The notes under the pieces are model-generated. The model worked only from the letters and a program-made list of their open reading frames with translations, was not told the DNA's origin and ran no database searches. A program made the position numbers and the translations under genes. From Acidimicrobiales bacterium (lineage in GTDB: Bacteria > Actinomycetota > Acidimicrobiia > Acidimicrobiales > Ilumatobacteraceae), in the NCBI GenBank assembly GCA_947465505.1, contig CANIBN010000001.1, forward strand, positions 1-55,187: DNA of 55,187 nt, read 5' to 3'. Positions 44,225 to 51,405 of the stretch are shown here, in pieces (within the stretch, counting starts at the first letter, position 1; every line of letters begins with the position of its first letter).

Positions 44225-45487
44225 GTGGCGGACCCGATGAGCGATCCAGAGCCGACACCGGGCAGCCCGGCCAGTTCAGGTGGCGGCGCGTCAGCGATCG
44301 TCCAGATCGAGTACCGAACCGCCGCTTGGGTCCTGCTCGGTCTGGTGGTCGGTTTCGGGATCTTTGCAGTAGCCCGGAACACCGAGGGCATGCTCACGCT
44401 TGTCGTCATCGGCATCGTGCTGGCACTCGCCCTCGACGGTGTCGTGCAGGCGCTGCGTAACCGATTCAATCTCACCAGGAGCGTGGCCGTCGGCATCGTG
44501 GGTGTCAGTCTGCTGGCCCTTGCGGGGCTCATCCTGCTGGTGCTCGGCCCGCCTGCGGTCTCACAGGCCCGGCAGTTCAGCCGGGAGATCCCCCAGACCG
44601 TCGAGAAGTTCTACGACCTACCCGTGATCGGCAACACCCTTCGGGATCGTGACGCCGCAGGCAAGGTCCAACGCTGGATCAACGAACTGCCGGCCAATGT
44701 GAGCGACAAGGCCATCGCGGATACGGCCAACCGGGTACTCGGCGGCGTGTTCTCGATGGTGGTCGTCATCTTCACCACGTTTGCGCTCCTGCTCGATGGC
44801 GAACGACTCGTCAATCGCGGCCGAAGACTGCTCCCCGTGCGCGCCCGCGACGACGCCGACCGCATCGCCCGGGTGTTCCACCGCACGATCGGCCGTTACT
44901 TCGGCGGTTCGCTCACCGTCGCTGCGCTCATGGGGCTGTTCGTACTCACGATCGGACTCATCTTCAACGTGCCGCTCGCACCGCTCGCAGCGATCTGGGC
45001 GATGTTCACGAACCTCATCCCCCAGATCGGCGGCTTCCTCAGCGCGTCGTTCCTGTTCGTCCTTGCGGTGAGCAACAGCGTCCCCACGGCAATCATCGTG
45101 CTCGTCCTCTTTGTCATCTACATGAACATTGAGAACCACATCATCCAGCCCACCATCGTGGGTGGCGCGGTGAACCTCACGCCACCGAGCACGATGCTCG
45201 CCGCCTTTGTCGGCGGTGCCGTGGCCGGGGTGCCCGGCGCAATCATCGCCACGCCGCTCATCGGCACCGTGAAGCAGCTGTACCTCGAGTTCCGCTTCGG
45301 CGGAGGTCCGCCGCCCAAGAAGCGTGGTGCAGGTGTGCTTCGGCGTATCAAATCGCTACTGCGGATCGGCCCCGAGTTCCGCCCGCTGCGAGATGAGACC
45401 GAGGCGATTCGGATCGACCCGATCCTGCACGCGCATCTCGAGGAACCGGAGCCCGGTGATCCAGAGCCCGGTGATCCCGCCGCCTAG
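44225..45487 (+). CDS. AI-2E (PerM/UPF0118) family transporter
   Basis: Reads FTNLIPQIGGFLSASFLFVLA...IENHIIQPTIVGGAVNLTP...GAIIATPL. The tail is a Pro/Glu-rich repeat, EPEPGDPEPGDP. The start is GTG 44225 or ATG 44237. Confidence 0.8.
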   Translation: MADPMSDPEPTPGSPASSGGGASAIVQIEYRTAAWVLLGLVVGFGIFAVARNTEGMLTLVVIGIVLALALDGVVQALRNRFNLTRSVAVGIVGVSLLALAGLILLVLGPPAVSQARQFSREIPQTVEKFYDLPVIGNTLRDRDAAGKVQRWINELPANVSDKAIADTANRVLGGVFSMVVVIFTTFALLLDGERLVNRGRRLLPVRARDDADRIARVFHRTIGRYFGGSLTVAALMGLFVLTIGLIFNVPLAPLAAIWAMFTNLIPQIGGFLSASFLFVLAVSNSVPTAIIVLVLFVIYMNIENHIIQPTIVGGAVNLTPPSTMLAAFVGGAVAGVPGAIIATPLIGTVKQLYLEFRFGGGPPPKKRGAGVLRRIKSLLRIGPEFRPLRDETEAIRIDPILHAHLEEPEPGDPEPGDPAA

Positions 45488-46026
45488 GCCGTCAGTTCGT
45501 CGAGATACGACTCCGCAAGGTCGATCTGCCCATACCACTGCTTGAGCAGCGTCCCGTCGGCCCGATAGAGCGCGACAGCCGGCTGAACGCTGATCCCCAT
45601 CTCTGCCCAACTCTGACCGGTGCTGTCCCAGAGGAGCGGGAAGGAGAACGGTCCGAAGTTCTCGAAGAACGACCTGGCTTGGCTGGCGCTGTCCTGGGTG
45701 CCAAGCCCGACGACCCGGAGCGTGGCTGCGTGCTGTCGAGCGAACTGCTCGACGCCGGGCGCCTCAGCCCGGCAGGCGGTTCAATGTGGCGCCCAGAACC
45801 AGACCAGCAACGGTTTGGGGTCCGGGAAGAGGGAGCTGAGGCTCACCGGCTCACCCGAACCGATGTCCGACACCGTGACGTCGGGAAGGTCGCTCTGGCC
45901 CGCACTGCCGGTCGACTGCCGACCCGTGGTGGCGGTCGTCCCGCCTGCATCAGAGGCGCAACTGACCAACGAGAGGCCGGACAGGACGAGGAGGGGGGCC
46001 GAAACCGCACGCAGCACGCGTTTCAC
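45484..46026 (-). CDS. TlpA/ResA-like thioredoxin-fold lipoprotein with an in-frame TGA at the first redox position (UxxC): candidate selenoprotein, or a nonsense pseudogene
   Basis: My translation reads (V)KRVLRAVSAPLLVLSGLSLVSC (lipobox) ...KPLLVWFWAPH-TGA-TACRAEAPGVEQFARQHAATLRVVGLGTQDSASQARSFFENFGPFSFPLLWDSTGQSWAEMGISVQPAVALYRADGTLLKQWY...*. The TGA is at 45781-45783. The same frame stays open for 99 codons to a TAG at 45484-45486, with high GC3. The start is uncertain; the ORF track begins at 46152. Confidence 0.6.
45753..45774 (-). promoter_or_regulatory. Hairpin 7 nt downstream of the in-frame UGA (possible bacterial SECIS element)
   Basis: The mRNA reads UGA ACCGCC UGCCGGGC UGAGGC GCCCGGCG. 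That is an 8-bp stem (7 Watson-Crick pairs plus 1 G-U) with a 6-nt G-containing loop beginning 17 nt from the U of UGA. GC-rich stems are common by chance in this genome. Confidence 0.35.
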
Positions 46027-46057
46027 AGAGGCGACGTTACCGGCGTAGGTTTCTCCC

Positions 46058-47284
46058 ATGACTCGTGAAGCTTGGATCATCGACGCCGTCCGCTCCCCCC
46101 GTGGAAAGGGCAAGGAGAACGGTGCCCTCCACAACGTGCACCCGCAGCGCATCCTCGCTCAAGTGCTGAACGCACTGCGTGACCGTGTCGGGTTCGACAC
46201 CTCCGAGGTCGACGACGTCATCATGGGTTGCGGTGCCGGAAGCGGCGACCATGCCATGGACATCGCACGTATGGCCGCACTGGATGCCGGCTGGTCGCTC
46301 GACGCCCCGGGCGTCACGCTGAACCGCTTCTGCGGCTCGGGACAGCAGGCAGTCATGTTCGCCGCCCAGGGTGTCCTCTCCGGGTTCCAGGACATCGTGG
46401 TTGCTGGCGGCATCGAGTCGATGTCTCGCCCCGCCCCGCTGCACGTGGATGGATTCACGGCGAACAACGATCACCTCTTCGACCAGTACCCGATGGTGGC
46501 GCAGGGCATCTCTGCAGATCTCATTGCGTCGGTCGAGGGATTCAGCCGAGAGGAGTGCGACCGCATCGCCTTCGACAGCCAGACCCGAGCAGCCGCATCG
46601 CTTGCTGAGGGTCGCTTCGACGGCAGCCTCGTCCCGATCTTCCACGACGACGGAACCCTCGCCCTCGACCACGAAGAGTTCCCGCGGGCCGGAACCACCA
46701 TGGACAGCCTGGCCAAGCTCACACCGTCGTTCGAGGCCATGGGCGCCAAGACGTTCAAGAACAACCTCACGATCGACCAGACCGCCTTGCTCACCTACCC
46801 GCAGGTGTCCGAACTGCGCCACGTGCACCACGCCGGCAACTCGTCCGGTGTCGTCGACGGCGCCTCGGCCGTTCTCGTGGTGTCGAGTGACTATGCCAAG
46901 GCGCACGGTCTCAAGCCGCGAGCGAAGATCACCATGACGGCGCTCGCCGGCACCGACCCGGTCATCATGCTCACGGCTCCCGGGCCGGCCACGCTGCGCT
47001 GCCTGAAGAAGGCCGGCATGACCATCAACGACATCGATCACATCGAGGTCAACGAGGCGTTCGCCGCAGTCGTGCTCAAGTTCCTCCGTGACACCGGTGC
47101 TGACTGGAACAAGTGCAACACCAACGGTGGAGCCATCGCCCTCGGCCACCCGATCGGCGCAACCGGCGGCATGCTCATCGGTACGGCCGTAGACGAACTC
47201 GAGCGCAGCGACAAGCAAACTGCACTGGTCACCATGTGCACCGGCGGCGGCATGGCCACCGCCACCATCCTCGAGCGCATCTGA
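46058..47284 (+). CDS. Acetyl-CoA C-acyltransferase (thiolase)
   Basis: Contains [11 protein letters not shown] (active-site Cys), [22 protein letters not shown] and [10 protein letters not shown]. Confidence 0.92.
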   Translation: MTREAWIIDAVRSPRGKGKENGALHNVHPQRILAQVLNALRDRVGFDTSEVDDVIMGCGAGSGDHAMDIARMAALDAGWSLDAPGVTLNRFCGSGQQAVMFAAQGVLSGFQDIVVAGGIESMSRPAPLHVDGFTANNDHLFDQYPMVAQGISADLIASVEGFSREECDRIAFDSQTRAAASLAEGRFDGSLVPIFHDDGTLALDHEEFPRAGTTMDSLAKLTPSFEAMGAKTFKNNLTIDQTALLTYPQVSELRHVHHAGNSSGVVDGASAVLVVSSDYAKAHGLKPRAKITMTALAGTDPVIMLTAPGPATLRCLKKAGMTINDIDHIEVNEAFAAVVLKFLRDTGADWNKCNTNGGAIALGHPIGATGGMLIGTAVDELERSDKQTALVTMCTGGGMATATILERI

Positions 47285-47289
47285 TCGTC

Positions 47290-48087
47290 ATGGGCGATTC
47301 TGACACCCGGCTCGCTGATCGCTATGGCGACGTGCGCGTCGATGTCGGGGCCGACTTCGTCGTAACGGTCACCATCTGCCGGGCACCGGACAACTACTTC
47401 GACCACGCGCTCATTGCGTCGATCGCCGACGCCTACGAGGCGATCGACGCAGACGAACGTTGCCGCTGCATCGTCCTCACCGCGGAGGGCAAGAACTTCT
47501 GTGCTGGCGCAGCACTGGCCCGTCGTGCCGAACCCGGCGAACAACCTCCTGCCACACACCTGTACGACGAAGCGGTGCGCATCTTCGCGGCACGCACGCC
47601 TGTCGTCGCCGCAGTGCGGGGCGCAGCGGTCGGCGGCGGACTCGGTCTTGCGATGTCGGCAGACTTCCGGGTCGGGGCACCAGAGACACGAATGACCGCC
47701 AACTTCGCTCGACTCGGCTTTCACCAAGGCTTCGGGCTCAGCGTCACCCTTCCCCAAGTGGTGGGCCACCAGCGCGCCATCGAACTGCTCTACACAGGCG
47801 CCCGCATCGGTGGCGAGGAAGCGCTTCGCATCGGGATGCTCGACCGTCTCGCCCCTCTCGCAGAACTCGATGCCGAAGCACGCAGTCTCGCTGTGGAGAT
47901 CGCGCGGTCCGCTCCCCTCGCGGTCGAGTCGATCCGCGAGACCATGCGCGGAGACCTCGCTGCACGGATCCGCGCCGCCACCGATCGCGAGAAGGCCGAG
48001 CAGGACCGTCTCACGCAGACAGCCGACTTCGCTGAAGGCGTGCGCGCAATGGCCGAGCGCCGCTTACCAGACTTCCAACGCCGCTAA
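47290..48087 (+). CDS. Enoyl-CoA hydratase/isomerase family
   Basis: Reads [16 protein letters not shown]...[12 protein letters not shown]...[22 protein letters not shown] 47290 lies 3 nt after the thiolase stop. Confidence 0.85.
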   Translation: MGDSDTRLADRYGDVRVDVGADFVVTVTICRAPDNYFDHALIASIADAYEAIDADERCRCIVLTAEGKNFCAGAALARRAEPGEQPPATHLYDEAVRIFAARTPVVAAVRGAAVGGGLGLAMSADFRVGAPETRMTANFARLGFHQGFGLSVTLPQVVGHQRAIELLYTGARIGGEEALRIGMLDRLAPLAELDAEARSLAVEIARSAPLAVESIRETMRGDLAARIRAATDREKAEQDRLTQTADFAEGVRAMAERRLPDFQRR

Positions 48088-48096
48088 CCCCCCCCT

Positions 48097-48208
48097 GTTC
48101 TCGGTCCCCAAACTGCACGTTTTCAGCGTTTTCGGGACCGAGAACGCAGAGGACCCAGGGTTCTCGGTCCCCAAACTGCACGTTTTCAGCGTTTTCGGGA
48201 CCGAGAAC
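48097..48208. repeat. Two tandem copies of a 49-bp palindromic unit (GTTCTCGGTCCC-N25-GGGACCGAGAAC) separated by 14 bp; REP/MITE-like or a bidirectional terminator
   Basis: The copies at 48097-48145 and 48160-48208 are identical. Each has a perfect 12-bp inverted repeat around a T-rich 25-nt loop. The flanks CTAACCCCC (48084-92) and GGGGGTTAG (48213-21) form an outer inverted repeat that includes both convergent stop codons. Confidence 0.9.
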
Positions 48209-48217
48209 AACCGGGGG

Positions 48218-48769
48218 TTAGGGGGTGGAGAGGGCGGCGAGGAGATTCGCGAGACGCTGAGTCATCAGTTCCTCCACGGACACATCGGTGCTCACGCCTT
48301 CGGCAGAGAGGTACTCGGCGCCCTTCTTCAGTTCGATCACCGGTTCGGCCACCACGGTGTTGCCGAAGAAGGGCAGCACCGTGTTGAGGTACTTGAGCAC
48401 TGAACCGCCGCCACCACCGCCGGCAGACGACATCGAAGTGACCACCTTGCCGGTGAGGGCATGTGCACCATTGGGCTTGGACACCCAGTCGAAGGCGTTC
48501 TTCAACACAGCAGGAAGATGTCCGTTGTACTCAGGTGTCGCGAAGAGCACGGCATCGGTGTCGCGAACCTTCTGACGGAACCGCGCGATCGATTCGGGTT
48601 CGGCACCTGGTTGGTCGAGGTCGGCGTTGTAGTACGGGAGCACTGCGATGTCTGGGAAGTACTCGATCTGCAGACCTGCCGGCGCAAGTCGCTGCGCCAT
48701 CATGATGAGCCCAGTGTTCGAGGAACCGGAGCGCAGGCTCCCGGACAGTGCAAGTACGTGGAAAGTCAT
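48218..48769 (-). CDS. NADPH-dependent FMN reductase family protein
   Basis: Reads MTFHVLALSGSLRSGSSNTGL...LFATPEYNGHLPAVLKNAFDWVS. Confidence 0.85.
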   Translation of the reverse strand: MTFHVLALSGSLRSGSSNTGLIMMAQRLAPAGLQIEYFPDIAVLPYYNADLDQPGAEPESIARFRQKVRDTDAVLFATPEYNGHLPAVLKNAFDWVSKPNGAHALTGKVVTSMSSAGGGGGGSVLKYLNTVLPFFGNTVVAEPVIELKKGAEYLSAEGVSTDVSVEELMTQRLANLLAALSTP

Positions 48770-48806
48770 GTCGAGGGGCCCCTCTGTGATGAATGAAACC
48801 TAGTGA

Positions 48807-49958
48807 TCAGTATGAGCGCGGAAGCCCGAGCGAGTGTTGCGAGACGAAGTTGAGGATCATCTCTCGGCTCACCGGAGCGATGCGCAGCAGGCGGGTCATT
48901 CCCCACAGCGTGGCGAGTCCATAGTCCGTCGTCATGCCGTTGCCGCCGTGGATCTGTATTGCCTGGTCGAGTGCCGCAAGCCCAGCGTCGGTTGCGGCAA
49001 GCTTTGCCATGTTGGAGGACTCCGCGGCATCGAGGTCGTTGTCGTACTCCCAGCAGGCCTTTGCGGTCATGAGACGTGCGAGTTCGACATCGACCTTTGC
49101 CTTCGCAAGCGGGTGCGACAGCCCTTGGTGGGTACCGATGGGGACGCCCCACACCTGTCGCTCACGCGCATAGTCGGCCGCCTTGTCGAGGGCGTACCGG
49201 GCGATGCCGTTGACGATGGCGGCCGTGAGAATGCGCTCGGGGTTGAGGCCTGCAAACAGCGGCCGCAGGCCCTCGCCCTCCGTGCCGATGAGTCGATCGG
49301 GACCGACCTCGACATTGTCGAAGTACACAGTGAACTGCTTCTCGGGTTCGAGGATCTGCATATCGATGGTCTCCTTGGAGAGACCGGGAGAGTCGGTATC
49401 CACGACGAAGAGGCTCATCTTGCCCCGCCCCGTTCGCTCGTCGACGCCGGTGCGGGTAACCACGAGAATTGCGTCGGCCTCGTCGACACCGGAGATGTAG
49501 TACTTCTGGCCGTTGATGCGGTAGCCGTCGCCGTGAACCGTTGCGGTGGTGCCGATCTTGTGGCTGTTCGAACCGGCGTCGGGCTCGGTAATGGCGAACA
49601 CCATCTTGCGGCCGGCGGAGAGTCCGGGCAACCAGCGCTGTTGCTGTTCGACCGATCCGAACTTCGCAATGATCGAGCCACAGATCGCGGGAGACACGAG
49701 CATGAGCAGCATCGGGCAGCCCGCAGCAGCGACCTCTTCGCAGATCACCGCGAGTTCGGTCATCCCGCCGCCACCGCCGCCGTACGCCTCGGGCAGGTTG
49801 ACGCCCATGAAGCCGGCCGCGGAAAGCTCGTCCCAGAGGGCTTGCGTGGGTTCCTTCGCGCGTGACTGCTGCACGTAGTACGAGTGGCCGTACTTGCGAG
49901 CGATACCCGCAACCGCCTCTCGGAGCAGCCCGATTTCGTCAGTCTCGCGGAAGTCCAT
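48807..49958 (-). CDS. Acyl-CoA dehydrogenase
   Basis: Reads MDFRETDEIGLLREAV...FAITEPDAGSN...QIHGGNGMTTDYGLA..., showing the typical ACAD N-terminal, middle and C-terminal blocks. Confidence 0.92.
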   Translation of the reverse strand: MDFRETDEIGLLREAVAGIARKYGHSYYVQQSRAKEPTQALWDELSAAGFMGVNLPEAYGGGGGGMTELAVICEEVAAAGCPMLLMLVSPAICGSIIAKFGSVEQQQRWLPGLSAGRKMVFAITEPDAGSNSHKIGTTATVHGDGYRINGQKYYISGVDEADAILVVTRTGVDERTGRGKMSLFVVDTDSPGLSKETIDMQILEPEKQFTVYFDNVEVGPDRLIGTEGEGLRPLFAGLNPERILTAAIVNGIARYALDKAADYARERQVWGVPIGTHQGLSHPLAKAKVDVELARLMTAKACWEYDNDLDAAESSNMAKLAATDAGLAALDQAIQIHGGNGMTTDYGLATLWGMTRLLRIAPVSREMILNFVSQHSLGLPRSY

Positions 49959-49976
49959 GGGACAACTGTAGGGCGG

Positions 49977-50687
49977 TCAGCCACCCAGATAGGCAGACGA
50001 GAGGTGTTCCTCTACCTCAGCCGGCGTGCCCTGGTGTACCACTCGACCCGACACCATGATGGCTGCGCGGTCTGCCATGCCGAGCACCGCACGTGCGAAC
50101 TGCTCGACGACAAGCACCGACACACCGTCGGCTGCGATGGCGCGCACCGAGTCGTAGAGCGAGTCAACGAGCTGCGGGGCAAGACCCATCGACAGTTCGT
50201 CAACGAGGAGCACCTTCGGCCGCACGATGACTGCTCGTGCGAGCGCCAGCATCTGTTGCTCCCCACCCGACAGCGTTCCCGCCATCTGGTCGCGTCGCTC
50301 GCCGAGTCGGGGAAAGCGAGCAAAGGCAATCTCCTCAGCGGTGGCCCGCGTGACACCGAGGTGTGTGGACATCCAGAGGTTTTCGCGCACGGTGAGTCGA
50401 GGGAACACTCCCCGACCCTCGGGGATCAGACACAGACCGTGTCGTGCCAAACGATCAGGTGACCAGTTCGCCACACGTCTTCCGTCGAGCAGCACCGAGC
50501 CGCTGCCGAGTGGGTGCAGACCTGCCGCGACTCGCAGCAGGGTGGACTTGCCGGCGCCGTTCGAACCCAGAACTGCAAGCACCGAGCCACGACGAAGAGA
50601 CAAGTCGACCTCGTGGAGCACCTCGACCGATCCGTAGCCCGCACGGATGCCCTTCAGTTCGAGAACTGCCTCAGCCATGTGCTGCAC
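49977..50687 (-). CDS. livF: Branched-chain amino acid-type ABC transporter ATP-binding protein (LivF-like)
   Basis: Contains GSNGAGKSTLL, LSGGEQQMLALARA and LLVDELSMGLAP. Confidence 0.88.
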   Translation of the reverse strand: MQHMAEAVLELKGIRAGYGSVEVLHEVDLSLRRGSVLAVLGSNGAGKSTLLRVAAGLHPLGSGSVLLDGRRVANWSPDRLARHGLCLIPEGRGVFPRLTVRENLWMSTHLGVTRATAEEIAFARFPRLGERRDQMAGTLSGGEQQMLALARAVIVRPKVLLVDELSMGLAPQLVDSLYDSVRAIAADGVSVLVVEQFARAVLGMADRAAIMVSGRVVHQGTPAEVEEHLSSAYLGG

Positions 50688-51405
50688 CCGTTCCGAGATA
50701 GGCGGCCATCACCGCAGGATTCGTGCGCACGGCAGCAGGGGTGTCGTCTGCGATCACACGCCCGAAGTTGAGCACCACAATGCGCTGGCACACGGACATG
50801 ACGAGATCCATATCGTGCTCAACGAGCAGGATGCCGAGGCCATCATCGGCGAGATCCCGCAGCAGGCGGGAGAATTGCTCTCGCTCGGTATCGCTCTGGC
50901 CCGATGCCGGTTCGTCGAGCAACAGGACCTGTGGGTTGGTGGCCAGTGCCCGCGCCACCTCGACGAGACGGGCCTGACCGGTGGGCAGGAGGCCAGCGCG
51001 CACGTGGGCAACAGGCCCGAGCCCGACACGTGCAACGAGCGGGGCAGCGATGCGACTTGCTGCTGCGGCGCGGCCACGGACGCCGAGCGCCATGCCTGCA
51101 GCGCACTCGACGTTCTCGAGCACGGTGAGTGCACCGAAGAGTTCGAGCCGCTGGAACGTACGCGCAACACCGAGTCGGGCGCGACGGTGCGGGGCGACGC
51201 GTGTGACGTTTCGACCGGCAACGGTGACCGTGCCCGCATCAACGGGCGTGAGGCCGGTGAGCACGTCGAACATGGTGGTCTTGCCGGCACCGTTGGGGCC
51301 GATGAGCCCCGTGACGCTTCCCGACTCCACCGAGAGCGATGCACCGTCGAGGGCGGTGATGCCGCCGAAGCGAACGGTGATGTCAGTGGCCTCGAGCACC
51401 GGCAC
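50671..51405 (-). CDS. livG: Branched-chain amino acid-type ABC transporter ATP-binding protein (LivG-like)
   Basis: Contains GPNGAGKTTMFDVLTG, ARTFQRLELF and LLLDEPASG. Confidence 0.88.
   Translation of the reverse strand: MPVLEATDITVRFGGITALDGASLSVESGSVTGLIGPNGAGKTTMFDVLTGLTPVDAGTVTVAGRNVTRVAPHRRARLGVARTFQRLELFGALTVLENVECAAGMALGVRGRAAAASRIAAPLVARVGLGPVAHVRAGLLPTGQARLVEVARALATNPQVLLLDEPASGQSDTEREQFSRLLRDLADDGLGILLVEHDMDLVMSVCQRIVVLNFGRVIADDTPAAVRTNPAVMAAYLGTGAAHG

Noticed and set aside
45781-46152. Taking the 123-aa ORF as a complete small protein ending at WAPH*
   Set aside because: Its N-terminal extension overlaps the divergent thiolase start. It would also truncate a Trx fold one residue before its redox motif, while the same frame continues with fold-consistent sequence for 99 codons. 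The 45492..45704(-) ORF in another frame is Arg/Ser-rich junk.
48097-48208. Possible CRISPR array
   Set aside because: There are only two repeat copies. The 14-bp 'spacer' is far too short. The repeats are long, perfect palindromes, and there are no cas genes in the window.
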